DNA from: Nitrospirota bacterium
GTDB lineage: Bacteria > Nitrospirota > Nitrospiria > Nitrospirales > NS-4
Direction of reading: 5' to 3'
NCBI GenBank assembly: GCA_963788195.1
Contig: CAWBGA010000017.1
Span: 576,001 to 640,000, forward strand
DNA: 64,000 nucleotides
The translations under genes were made by a program, and so were the position numbers. The notes under the pieces were generated by a model that was not told the origin of the DNA, did not search any database, and was given only the letters and a program-made list of their open reading frames with translations. Of the stretch, positions 54,988 to 64,000 are shown one piece after another. Positions within the stretch are counted from its first letter, which is position 1. Each line of letters begins with the position of its first letter.

Positions 54988-55956
54988 ATGAAGATTCAGC
55001 TCCTCGCCGTACTCCTGCTTGCCCTCCTGTCGGCGACAGCGTCTGCCGGTCCTGAAGAGCGCGGTCGGCCGCTGCGCGTGGTGACCTACAACCTGCTGCA
55101 CGGCGGGCCGGCATCCGGCTTCATGGGCGACGATACCCATCTCGAGGCCAGACTCGAGATGGCGATTCGCGAGCTTGCGACCCTCGAGCCGGACATCGTC
55201 GCGCTCCAGGAGGCCTCGCAGAGCCGCCGGCACGGGAATGTGCCGGAGCGTATCGCCCGCCGCCTCGGCATGCACGTCATCTTCGCGCCCGCCACCGAGC
55301 GCCTCTTTGGCTTCTGGCCGCTGGACCAACTGATCGTCGGGCTCATGGGATTCAAGGAGGGCTCTGCGATCCTGAGCCGCTTTCCCATCGTTGCCTCGGA
55401 GGTCTACGATTTACCCCGGTGTCAACGCTGGCTCGACCCTCGCATTCTGCTGCGCGCGGAGATCTCAACGCCGTCGGGGCCGCTTCAGATCTTTTCGACG
55501 CACACCGCGCGCGGCGACGAATGCCAGATCCAACGGGTGGCCGAGTTCGTGCGCGAGCACCGCGGAGAGGCGCCGTCACTGCTCATGGGGGACTTCAACA
55601 CGCCGGAGACCTCGCGCGTCGTGGCGGCGCTTCGGGAGGAGGCGGCCTTTGTGGACGCATTCCGCTCCACCAATCCGGACGCCACGGGAGCCACCGTGTG
55701 GCAGCGCATTCAGGTGGAGCACCCGACAGCGTCCAGGCGCGTCGATTTCATTTTTGTCCTGAACGGCCTGGAATCGATGACCAGCGTGCGGTCAAGCCGC
55801 GTCGTGCTCGACCGGCCAGGGCGCCTCCCGGACGGAGCCCCGCTGTGGCCATCGGATCACTACGGGGTCTTCGCGGAGATCGAGATCGCTCCGACGCCTG
55901 TACTGGCGTTCGTGAAGACCCAACTACGCGACCTAGCGAAGGTGGTGGACCCGTAA
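54988..55956 (+). CDS. Endonuclease/exonuclease/phosphatase family protein, secreted
   Basis: VTYNL, DIVALQE, GDFN, RVDFIF, SDHYGV. Confidence 0.9.
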   Translation: MKIQLLAVLLLALLSATASAGPEERGRPLRVVTYNLLHGGPASGFMGDDTHLEARLEMAIRELATLEPDIVALQEASQSRRHGNVPERIARRLGMHVIFAPATERLFGFWPLDQLIVGLMGFKEGSAILSRFPIVASEVYDLPRCQRWLDPRILLRAEISTPSGPLQIFSTHTARGDECQIQRVAEFVREHRGEAPSLLMGDFNTPETSRVVAALREEAAFVDAFRSTNPDATGATVWQRIQVEHPTASRRVDFIFVLNGLESMTSVRSSRVVLDRPGRLPDGAPLWPSDHYGVFAEIEIAPTPVLAFVKTQLRDLAKVVDP

Positions 55957-55976
55957 CGCCAGCCCTTTCGGCCGGC

Positions 55977-56267
55977 TTATCGAAGCCGTTTCAGCAACTT
56001 CTCGGCATCTTTTCTGTCGGTGACCCGTAAAATGACGACCTCGGTCCCGCGAATTCGATAGTACGCCCGAAAGTCCCCGCTGCGAAGGCGGTACAGCGGC
56101 GGCGTAAAGCCGGTGAGGCGCTTCAGCCTGGTCTTTCCGATAGGAAGAGGAGAATCCGACAGATGAGCGTTCACATCGCTGACGATCTGGACGGCGTCGT
56201 GTGGGTCAAGGCGTTCCAAGTCTCCCTGCGCCGCAGCGCTGTAGACGACCCTAAACTTTGCGGGCAC
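55977..56267 (-). CDS. RelE toxin
   Basis: KRLTG...LYRLRSGDFRAYY.I...V.ILRV.DRKD. Confidence 0.85.
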   Translation of the reverse strand: MPAKFRVVYSAAAQGDLERLDPHDAVQIVSDVNAHLSDSPLPIGKTRLKRLTGFTPPLYRLRSGDFRAYYRIRGTEVVILRVTDRKDAEKLLKRLR

Positions 56268-56523
56268 GTTTCCGTTTTAACTTTGCCAGCATAGCCTCGC
56301 TCGAAATGCCCCCTTGCGCCAGATAGTCGGCATAGGCTGACTCGATTTTGGTCTTGAAGCCGGGATCGTGCTCAATCAAGTAGTCGCTCAGGTCGTCTTC
56401 GGTGAGGTGCTGCAGGACAGCCATGGGTTTGCCGTGCGCCGTGATGATGATGTCCCGCTTTTCTGTCTCCTTGAGCAGTGCCATCGTCTGCTGCTTGAGT
56501 TCTTTGACGCCTGCCAATCTCAT
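56251..56523 (-). CDS. Phd/YefM antitoxin
   Basis: GVKELK...DIIITAHGKPMAVL; TTGACC-17-TACACT with overlapping palindrome 56541-56562. Confidence 0.9.
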   Translation of the reverse strand: MRLAGVKELKQQTMALLKETEKRDIIITAHGKPMAVLQHLTEDDLSDYLIEHDPGFKTKIESAYADYLAQGGISSEAMLAKLKRKRARKV

Positions 56524-56752
56524 GTTCTTCGTATCCTGTTAAGTGACACTTTAGTGTAACTTCTTCCGTGTTGCCGGTCAAGCTCGACCATATCTGGTAT
56601 TTTCAGGACCTTGCCTGGATCCCGCGCCGTGAAAGTGGGTCATGCATCGGAATGGGGCGACGGCGGGGAGAGGCGCTTGCTAACCAGGCAATAATACACT
56701 AGGTATCTCTGCTTTAGTCTGTTAAAATCCGCGGACAACTTGGAGGACTCTT

Positions 56753-57160
56753 ATGAAGACTATAGCGATACTCTCCCTCAATCTGCTTGTGGGTTTCGCG
56801 CTGGCCGCAGCCGCGTATGCCGCCGAGGGACATAGTGAGACAGGCGCAGCCGCCGGCCAGCCATCGACGTCAACTGGAAAGACGACGGAGTCGCCGTCTC
56901 AGCCGGCCACCGGTCCAATTATCTCTCCGAATACCGCCGGGCATATCGAAACGATTGAAGGCGAGTTGCTCCGCGTTGAAAAGAATATTTATGTCATAAA
57001 GGATCTAACCGGTCGCGAAGTGACACTCAAGACGGACAAGCATACCAAGATCGATGGAAATATCGCGGCGCATGATCAGGTTGTCGCGCGCGCCTCATCG
57101 CTAAAGAGTAAGCACAAAGAGGGCGGTACATGGCACGCTGCGTCCATCAAAAAGCGCTAA
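56753..57160 (+). CDS. Secreted protein (paralog family)
   Basis: Signal peptide; IEGELLRVEKNIYVIKD.TGREV. Confidence 0.75.
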   Translation: MKTIAILSLNLLVGFALAAAAYAAEGHSETGAAAGQPSTSTGKTTESPSQPATGPIISPNTAGHIETIEGELLRVEKNIYVIKDLTGREVTLKTDKHTKIDGNIAAHDQVVARASSLKSKHKEGGTWHAASIKKR

Positions 57161-57174
57161 GTTCCGAATTGTTG

Positions 57175-57205
57175 CGGCGGGGATTAGCCTAGGCAATCCC
57201 CGCCG
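57175..57205. terminator. Hairpin, probable terminator
   Basis: CGGCGGGGATT / AATCCCCGCCG inverted repeat after stop; no U-tract. Confidence 0.5.
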
Positions 57206-57562
57206 GCAGCGCTATCCTCAGATAAACACCCGCCCGGTACGTCGTTCAGAGTCAACGCACCTGACGCTGGTCCTTCTAGGAAGGATTACCTTGCTTTTTT
57301 GATTTGCGCAATGCGGTGATTCCTGGCGGCATTGCAAATGCCATGTCAAACTTCCGGCCGGCGGCAGATCTAATCGTGGACTCTGTGTTTTCGCGAGTTT
57401 AGCTAATCCCAACTGACCCTCGCCCTACTAACGGAAGAGCCGCACTATACATTGGCAGCAAGATCCTACTGAATTTGTCCATTGCCTCGGTGAACTGCCG
57501 GGTCTAAGAGGTAGGTGCAAACTCGCAATCCCGACCGGCATTGGCCTTAACAAGGAGGACAT

Positions 57563-58018
57563 ATGAAAGCGTCTATAATTCTCGCTATTGCATGCACTCT
57601 TACGTTGGGGATGACGTCCGCAAGTATCGCCGAAGACCCGATCGGGCGTGCGGATACCAACATACTCCCTCAAGGTGAGATAAGAGGGGAAGTACTGAAA
57701 GTAGATGGAGACAATTATTTGGTAAAAGATGAGCGGACGAAGAAGGAAGTCAAGTTCACGATTGAAAAGGACGTGAAGGCAAGCTTGGAACGTCCTCTTA
57801 AACAGGGTGATAAGATCGAGGCCTTTGTGACTCCTGAGGGTTATGCAAAGACCGTTCGGATAGACGGCCCAAAGGGTAGGGATATGGAGAGGTCCAGCAA
57901 GGATGTGGATAAGGCCACTGGGGATGTAGGCAAAGCGGGCAAAGACATAGGCGAGATTCAGGCTCCCGGTGGATTTTCAAAGGAAGTCCCCGCAAGCGGC
58001 AAGAAGGGCGGGCAGTAA
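57563..58018 (+). CDS. Secreted protein (paralog family)
   Basis: AAGGAGG RBS; EIRGEVLKVDGDNYLVKDER.KKEV.FTIEKDVK. Confidence 0.8.
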   Translation: MKASIILAIACTLTLGMTSASIAEDPIGRADTNILPQGEIRGEVLKVDGDNYLVKDERTKKEVKFTIEKDVKASLERPLKQGDKIEAFVTPEGYAKTVRIDGPKGRDMERSSKDVDKATGDVGKAGKDIGEIQAPGGFSKEVPASGKKGGQ

Positions 58019-58144
58019 GAGTGGAACGAATTCTCCGGAAAGGCCGAACCCGACTTTATCGCCAAGGCTGCAAGCAGTCTCTTGGGGATAAGCCTCAAGT
58101 CATGCCCCCCTTGCCGGTAAGGTTAATATTCAAGAGGAGGCACT

Positions 58145-58723
58145 ATGAAACTGTCTACGATTCTCGCGATGGCGTGCGCGGCTGCGCTTGGAATCAATAC
58201 TGCTGGATTCGCGGCTGACCCGCCGGCGCCGTCGGATACAAAATCCGATGCAAAATCCGAGACAAAATCGGATGTAAAATCGGAGACAAAGTCGGATGCA
58301 AAGCCGGATACAAAAGTGGAGACAAAAACACTCGCCCCGGCGGAGATTAAAGGGGAAGTCTTGAAAATAGATGGTGACAGTTTCGTAGTGAAGGACGAGC
58401 GTTCAAAGAAAGAAGTCAACTTCACGATTGAGAAGGACGTGAAGGCGACTCTGGACCGTCCCCTGAAGCAGGGGGATCGCATCGAAGCCTACTTGACGCC
58501 CGAGGGTATTGCGAAGAAGGTCCGTTTCGAGGGCCAGAAAGACCAGGATATGATGAACAGGGCAGGCAAGGATCTTGGGGACGTGCAGTCTCCAGGAGGA
58601 TTCTCCAAGGAGATCCCGTCCGGTGGGCAGGCTGGCCCAAAGGACCAGGGCGGGATGAAGTCTCCCGAAGGATCGAATCCGACGTTATCGCCTTCCGGCA
58701 AGGGGTCAGCCTCCGGCGGGTAA
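58145..58723 (+). CDS. Secreted protein (tandem paralog) with KS(D/E)x repeats
   Basis: EIKGEVLKIDGDSFVVKDER.KKEV.FTIEKDVK; 12-nt repeats at ~58232-58327. Confidence 0.8.
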   Translation: MKLSTILAMACAAALGINTAGFAADPPAPSDTKSDAKSETKSDVKSETKSDAKPDTKVETKTLAPAEIKGEVLKIDGDSFVVKDERSKKEVNFTIEKDVKATLDRPLKQGDRIEAYLTPEGIAKKVRFEGQKDQDMMNRAGKDLGDVQSPGGFSKEIPSGGQAGPKDQGGMKSPEGSNPTLSPSGKGSASGG

Positions 58724-58734
58724 CCTTATCAGAC

Positions 58735-58762
58735 CGGGCAGGATGCCTTTGCATCCTGCCCG
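58735..58762. terminator. Hairpin between convergent genes
   Basis: CGGGCAGGATGC-CTTT-GCATCCTGCCCG perfect 12-bp stem. Confidence 0.6.
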
Positions 58763-58782
58763 TCCGTCACTGACAGCAATCC

Positions 58783-59055
58783 CTAGATAAGCGTGCTCGG
58801 GCTGATGAACGCCGTCTCCAGCGCGGTTTGATTGGCTCGTTTCTTTGCGGAGGCGACGCGTCGGATCTTTTTCTTTGTCGTAGCCCGCTTCTTTGTCGTG
58901 GTCCGCTTCTTTACGCGCGCCGCTCCCGTTCGTTTGGCTGTAGTTAAGGTGCGGCGTGTGCTCGACTTTGCAGACCTGGAGCCTCGTTTCGAGCGAGACT
59001 TTGTGGTGCTGGATTTCTTGCCCGCGCGGGATTTTGTTCCCTGTCTTCTTGCCAT
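58783..59055 (-). CDS. Lys/Arg-rich histone-H1-like protein
   Basis: GGAGGTG RBS; MARRQGTKSRAGKKSSTTK... Confidence 0.65.
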   Translation of the reverse strand: MARRQGTKSRAGKKSSTTKSRSKRGSRSAKSSTRRTLTTAKRTGAARVKKRTTTKKRATTKKKIRRVASAKKRANQTALETAFISPSTLI

Positions 59056-59128
59056 GCACACCTCCGTGGTAGTCGGATTGAGGATCCCAAATCACCATAT
59101 GATGCGGATATTGTCAAGGCACGGGCCG

Positions 59129-59500
59129 CTATTTCAGGTAAACGACCCCTGGTAAGTCTTTGAGATCCGCGTCACTGGTCAGAACCTGGGCCGCCTGATC
59201 TCGGGCTGTGGCGTAGATAATGGCACCGGCCATCGCGAGACCGTACTGGAGACTTACATCGGCAGCCAGTAGCGCAATCGATTCTGTGAGCGGGATGACC
59301 TCAGTTGCAGTCAGGCTCGCCGTCACGCGCAACGCCAACTCCTCTCCGCGCTCGCGCTTGATCTTCTTATACACTTCATAGACCACGATTGTCGGGGTGA
59401 TCAATTCGGCGGAGCGCCCGAGATAGGAGCCATAGTTTTCTGCGAGGGGACCCCCCGAGAAATATTCGATCCATCCGCTCGAGTCCACAAGTAATCTCAA
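59129..59500 (-). CDS. vapC: VapC/PIN toxin (conserved Asp of the AD motif appears as Gly)
   Basis: LLVDSSGWIEYF...YEV...LAMAGAIIYATA...TSD. Confidence 0.85.
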   Translation of the reverse strand: MRLLVDSSGWIEYFSGGPLAENYGSYLGRSAELITPTIVVYEVYKKIKRERGEELALRVTASLTATEVIPLTESIALLAADVSLQYGLAMAGAIIYATARDQAAQVLTSDADLKDLPGVVYLK

Positions 59501-59706
59501 ACGCGATCCTTCTTTTCCCGAATATCGGCGCTCGTGACACCTTTCGCGGCGCCTTTCAGGGATTTGAGCGGGATTTGCGGGACAAGGCTGATCACCCCGC
59601 CCTTCTCAAGTACCTGTAACTGCTGACCGGAGAGTAGCCGGAGCTTTTCCCGGACTTCTCTCGGAATAACAATTTGGAATTTCGAGGAAATTTTGATGCT
59701 GGGCAT
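59497..59706 (-). CDS. AbrB/MazE antitoxin
   Basis: KISSKFQIVIPREVRE.L; TTGACG-18-TACAAT upstream. Confidence 0.9.
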   Translation of the reverse strand: MPSIKISSKFQIVIPREVREKLRLLSGQQLQVLEKGGVISLVPQIPLKSLKGAAKGVTSADIREKKDRV

Positions 59707-59803
59707 TCCCGGGCTCCTTCTTACCATTTCTTCATCGATCATTGTAAAGTAGGATTCATCCTGTCGTCAAGGCAGCAGCAGGAAGAGTCAGGCAACGCGC
59801 TGG

Positions 59804-60529
59804 CTAGCGGAGGCCGCTTCCCTCGCTCGGAGTGTCGAAGCTCCCCGGAGTGCAAGGAAACGATCCAACGGTAATCCCGGAACAAGGCGGCGGCATGGTG
59901 GGATCCCGCTGCGGGACCGTCCTGCTGGACCGCGGAAGGGTCGTGCTCGATTGCGGCAGTGTCGTGCTGGTCTGGGGAAGGGTCGTGCTTGGAGTGTCTA
60001 AACTGCTGGGAGTACAAGGTAACGATCCTACAATTATTTCAGGACAAGGCGGCGGCAGGGTGGGGCCGAGTTGCGGGAGCGTGGTGCTACTCTGCGGGAG
60101 GGTCGTCATGGACTGCGGCAGCGTGGTGCTGCTCTGAGGGAGCATGGTACTCGATTGGGGCAATGTAGTGCTGCTCTGCGGGAGGGTCGTCATGGATTGC
60201 GGCAGTGTCGTGCTGCTCTGAGGGAGCGTCGTACTCGATTGGGGCAATGTGGTGCTACTCTGCGGCAACGTCGTACTGGATTGCGGCAGTGTCGTGCTGC
60301 TCTGAGGGAGCGTGGTACTCGATTGGGGCAGTGTGGTGCTGCTCTGCGGCAGCGTCGTACTGGATTGCGGCAGTGTCGTGCTGCTCTGCGGAAGCGTTGT
60401 GCTGGATTGGGGGAGCGTGGTGCTCGACTGCGGATGAGAACCGCCTCGTCGGGTCATCATTTCGGCCTGCAAAACAGCCGGGATACACATTATAAGAATT
60501 GCGGCAAGAAGCCCGGGAATCGTGCGCAT
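59804..60529 (-). CDS. Secreted Ser/Thr-rich repeat protein (PQSSTTL)17
   Basis: Signal peptide, AGGAG RBS, repeat DNA varies mostly at synonymous positions. Confidence 0.8.
   Translation of the reverse strand: MRTIPGLLAAILIMCIPAVLQAEMMTRRGGSHPQSSTTLPQSSTTLPQSSTTLPQSSTTLPQSSTTLPQSSTTLPQSSTTLPQSSTTLPQSSTTLPQSSTTLPQSSTTLPQSMTTLPQSSTTLPQSSTMLPQSSTTLPQSMTTLPQSSTTLPQLGPTLPPPCPEIIVGSLPCTPSSLDTPSTTLPQTSTTLPQSSTTLPRSSRTVPQRDPTMPPPCSGITVGSFPCTPGSFDTPSEGSGLR
60077..60433. repeat. Coding tandem repeat 17 x 21 nt with 84-nt higher-order period
   Basis: GA(T/C)TGCGGCAG recurs at 60111, 60195, 60279 and 60363. Confidence 0.9.
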
Positions 60530-60648
60530 CTTGCAAGTTTACACCTTTCTCCTCATCATGTATGCCACCCGTTATAACTACTGAATTGAGAAACATCCTA
60601 TTGTGTCTCTGCGATACCTGAGCTATGTTCTTGCCACCGGAGGACACC

Positions 60649-61416
60649 ATGGTTAAAGTAGCAAAAACGCGCCTCTCCCGCGGGTTGTTTTTGGATCGGG
60701 ATATCGAGCGATTTCGAGAACATCTCGTCAGATTTCGGTCGTTTATGTCAAAGGGCCCGTCCGCCGCGTCCCTGGCGGAATTTGATCAGGAGACCGAGCG
60801 GCTGATCGGCCAGATATTCGGTGAGGCCTCGGAATTGCTCGAAGCGTACGAGTACGCCCAGCTCGGGGAAGCCTCCACCCTGGTGAACCTCCCGGAAGAG
60901 GCGCAGGAACCCGGGGCCCAGGACCTGGAACGTGAAAGCCAGCAGCAGCGGAAACGTGTGTTGGAGAGCTGCATTTCGGAACTCGAGGCCCGCCGCGCGG
61001 ACGCGTTCCGCAAGCGCCGCCTCCAGCGGCTCAAGGCGCCCCACGTAGCGGACTTCATGTCGCCGGAGATTCATAGCCTGAGCCAGGATGCCGCGCTCAC
61101 AGAGGCCGGAAGCCTGATGAAGAAGCACAAGATCGGCTCGCTGCTCGTGAACCACGAAGCACGCTACGTGGGAATTCTGACGGAGGCGGACATCTGCCGC
61201 AAGGGTGTGGCGCAGGGCCTGGACCCCGCGAAGACTCCGGCCAAGGCCTGCATGAGCAATCCCATCATCTCAATCGAAGCGCACGAGCCGCTTCTGGAAG
61301 CGGTCCAGCTCATGAAGGCGAAGGGAATCCGGCACCTTGCCGTGACGGAGAACACGACGGTCGTGGGAATCCTGTCGGTCGCAGATCTGGTGAGGTACTA
61401 CTCCGGCGTCGAGTAA
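60649..61416 (+). CDS. CBS domain protein
   Basis: GGAGG RBS; tandem CBS motifs (MS..I, IGSLLV, GILTEADI, IRHLAV). Confidence 0.85.
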   Translation: MVKVAKTRLSRGLFLDRDIERFREHLVRFRSFMSKGPSAASLAEFDQETERLIGQIFGEASELLEAYEYAQLGEASTLVNLPEEAQEPGAQDLERESQQQRKRVLESCISELEARRADAFRKRRLQRLKAPHVADFMSPEIHSLSQDAALTEAGSLMKKHKIGSLLVNHEARYVGILTEADICRKGVAQGLDPAKTPAKACMSNPIISIEAHEPLLEAVQLMKAKGIRHLAVTENTTVVGILSVADLVRYYSGVE

Positions 61417-61422
61417 CCGCCG

Positions 61423-61791
61423 CTAACTTTCCATCATTTCCAGGCGGGCATCGAACTCGTGGCTGCACTGCGTGCAACGCACGCAATCACGCTCCACAGT
61501 CCCCTCCTCGGCGAGAATCGCCATTCCACCACATTCGGGGCACGGCCGGGCATGGGGCAGGTCCTTGGTAAGGGTCTCGTATTTCGCGCCACGGAGGCAA
61601 TAGACCGCCTCCCCCTCCATGCTCCAGGGGCGCCCCGAATTGTCCACGACGGGAAGCGCGATATAATGGTGGGCGGCATAGTCGGCAATGGCAGCCTGGG
61701 TCGCGAGACCATCCTTGATCAGCTTGCCGGTTTTTGCATCGTATAACGCATCGCCTTTCACGCTCACTTTTGTGGGTCCGACCTTCTCCAT
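61423..61791 (-). CDS. Hypothetical zinc-ribbon protein
   Basis: CPECGG...CTQC; GGAGGTG RBS. Confidence 0.7.
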   Translation of the reverse strand: MEKVGPTKVSVKGDALYDAKTGKLIKDGLATQAAIADYAAHHYIALPVVDNSGRPWSMEGEAVYCLRGAKYETLTKDLPHARPCPECGGMAILAEEGTVERDCVRCTQCSHEFDARLEMMES

Positions 61792-62030
61792 AGCCACCTC
61801 CAGACGCGAATCTGCCTAAGCTATCCCGTCGCGGGAAAGTTTGCAACGGAATATTTACGGAGAGGTCTTGACACGCGCAGCCCTGTAGAAGCCACCAAAA
61901 GTAGGTAAGCAATTGCATGGGGCCGTCAGGCCGCTGTAGTGTGCCGGGCAGAGGCCTGTGCCCTTTGCGTCTCCAGATTGACAGACGGACCGCGCGGTTA
62001 TATCGTGCGCTCCAATACGGGAGAAGAGTA

Positions 62031-63098
62031 ATGTCGCTCTTGAGGAAATCAGCCTGAACATCCTGTCCCCCCAACTCGGTCCCGACCTTGCTGCCTTGAC
62101 GATCTTTCTTGTCGTCACCGTCCTGGCTTTTTCAATACGGTACGTGGCTTTTCGCGCACTCTATAGGTGGAGCAGTGCCAGCGTCACGCGTTGTCGATGA
62201 CACGATCGTGCAGGCGTTACGCGCGCCATCGATAGTCTGGTGCGTCCTGATTGGAATGTACAGCGCGCTTGCCTCTGCGCAGTTGCCGGGCGAATTGCGC
62301 CTGGTGATTTTGAATGTCGTGAATGTGCTGCTGGTCCTCTCCGTGACCGCGGCGGCCGCCAGCCTTTCCCGCGCCACGCTGAGTCACTCCCTTCGGAAGA
62401 ACAATCTCGCCATCCCCGCCACGGGGCTGTCGCTGACTTTCATAACGGTCGTGATCTGGGTCGTGGGGATCCTCGTCATGCTGAGCGGGCTCGGAGTCTC
62501 GATCACGCCCATCCTCACTGCCCTGGGAGTCGGTGGCCTCGCGGTCGCATTAGCCCTGCAAGACACCCTGTCGAATTTCTTTGCCGGCCTGCACCTGTTG
62601 ATGGATCAGCCGCTCCGTGTCGGCGATTTTGTAAAGCTGGAGTCTGGTCAGGAGGGGTATGTCGAAGACATCGGGTGGCGCACGACGCGCATCCGGATGC
62701 TTCCCAACAATATCGTCATCATCCCGAATAATAAGGTCACCCAATCTATTTTGACGAATTACTACCTGCCTGAGCCGCGCATGGCGCTGTTGATACCCAT
62801 TAGTGTTTCCTATGATGTCGACCCCGATACGGTGGAACGCGTGCTGGTGGAAGAGGCCAGCCAAGGGATCGGCCAGATTCAAGGACTGCTGGCGGAACCC
62901 GCGCCGTTCGTGCGATTTATTCCGGGCTTCGGGACTTCATCTTTGGACTTTACCTTGATCTGCCAGGTTCGGGAATTTACAGATCAATATCTGGTCCAGC
63001 ATGAGCTTCGAAAACGTATTTTGAGACGATTCAAAGCCGAAGGCATCGTGATCCCCTATCCCCAGCAGACGGTCCATCTGCATACTGCCCCACCTTGA
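62031..63098 (+). CDS. mscS: Small-conductance mechanosensitive channel (apparent frameshift ~62190)
   Basis: LGVGGLAVALALQDTLSNFFAG, GYVEDIGWRTT, IIPN; N-terminus in another frame from ATG 62031. Confidence 0.85.
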
Positions 63099-63164
63099 CG
63101 CGGGCCGCTAAATTAGGCAAAAGAGAGCCAAGACAGGTACACTCGAGCTCATCAGGGAGTGACC

Positions 63165-63386
63165 ATGCGCATCCTGCTCGCTGCGATCCTGCTTTTGACC
63201 CTCAGCTTGGCCGGCTGCGGAGGTGACGCGGCGCATGACTTGTTCGACGCCGCACAACTGGAGGAGCGTCAAAACAATCCCACGCACGCCAAGGAGCTGT
63301 ACCAGCGGATTCTGGCTAAGCATCCAGGGAGTGAGTATGCCCCCAAAGCCCAGGAGCGCCTTCGGGCTTTGGAAAAAGGGGGCTGA
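63165..63386 (+). CDS. Small TPR-like lipoprotein
   Basis: LAGC lipobox; A.ELYQRIL.KHPGS.YA.KA.ERL. Confidence 0.8.
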   Translation: MRILLAAILLLTLSLAGCGGDAAHDLFDAAQLEERQNNPTHAKELYQRILAKHPGSEYAPKAQERLRALEKGG

Positions 63387-63568
63387 CCCGACATCCTACG
63401 GTCGACGCGACATGTAAGAGGAGATCGTTCATCCCGCTATGAATGTGTGCCGGGTTACTGATTTCTAGTTCCTTCGTACACAGACCTCGCCGCCTCCCTA
63501 CGCTATCCTGACAAGCTACTCCGTACGACGGTTTCGTTTGTCGGCAAAATCCTTACGAGGCACAACAC

Positions 63569-64000
63569 ATGCTGAGCTTTTTCCCGTTCATCGGCATCAA
63601 TGAGATTCTGCCATTCCTCATGGGCATTCTTGGACTCCTGATGACGTGGGAGTTGCACGACCTGGGGGTACGGGCCGGCCGCATTCAGGCTCTCGATATC
63701 AGCGACCCGTCAGTGGTCCGGACATGGATTCGCAATCATTCAAGCGCGCTCACGTCCATCTACGCAACCCCGGAGGACTCCTCCTCCTGCAACGCTTGCC
63801 GGGAGGCCGGCCCCACAGTGTTCTCCGCGGCCCTTGCTCGACGTGGCGAACGGCGCCTGGCGGCGCAATATGAGGTGACAAGAGTGCTGGCCGAGTCCTC
63901 CTCCTTGCAAGACGCCGGACCGGGTATTCTCAAAGCCATTGGGGAAAGCCTGGACTGGGAACTGGGAATTTTTTGGAGAGTGGACGAGCAGCAGGGGGTG
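63569..64000 (+). CDS. GAF-domain sensor protein (3' partial)
   Basis: Frame open to edge; RRLAAQYEVTRVLAESSSL..AGP.IL.AIGESLDWELG.FW.VD. Confidence 0.65.
   Translation, partial: MLSFFPFIGINEILPFLMGILGLLMTWELHDLGVRAGRIQALDISDPSVVRTWIRNHSSALTSIYATPEDSSSCNACREAGPTVFSAALARRGERRLAAQYEVTRVLAESSSLQDAGPGILKAIGESLDWELGIFWRVDEQQGV

Noticed and set aside
54424..55329. 301-aa minus-strand ORF
   Set aside because: Only the last 76 aa are the antitoxin; the rest is antisense to the EEP gene and crosses repeats.
57240..57550. Riboswitch or sigma54 promoter in the long intergenic region
   Set aside because: Only an imperfect palindrome (GGCATTGCAAATGCC); no convincing consensus.
60077..60433. CRISPR or non-coding satellite
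   Set aside because: In-frame coding repeat with synonymous variation and no unique spacers.

Overview
Bacterial chromosomal window, probably Nitrospira-like (inferred from gene content only). Bases 1-14 kb hold ordinary metabolic genes: MlaD, an NAD(P)-dependent dehydrogenase, acetolactate synthase, an esterase, a Vgb-like lyase, a cNMP/TrxB-like reductase, an aldo-keto reductase, CopG plus a PHB-depolymerase esterase, an intradiol dioxygenase and an amidohydrolase. Bases 60.6-64 kb return to core-like genes (CBS protein, MscS, GAF sensor). Between them (~14-60 kb) is a dense accessory island with about 18 complete and about 7 truncated toxin-antitoxin-type modules, nearly all on the minus strand and many with their own promoter and operator, plus other cargo. 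About 20 copies of a REP-like palindrome (TGTCATCCTGAGC-N4-5-GAAGGATCT) separate the modules. These repeats point rightward at 22-37.5 kb and leftward at 38-55 kb, flank a small GIY-YIG nuclease gene as an inverted pair, and carry ~21-nt stutters at their outer end. IS110 (IS621-like) elements sit exactly in the CT core of this repeat, and their left non-coding end folds into a bridge-RNA-like structure whose guide segments match the repeat and the element's own circle junction. No integrase, CRISPR array, rRNA or tRNA was found. Scattered frameshifts suggest sequence consensus errors. All repeat counts and alignments were made by eye.
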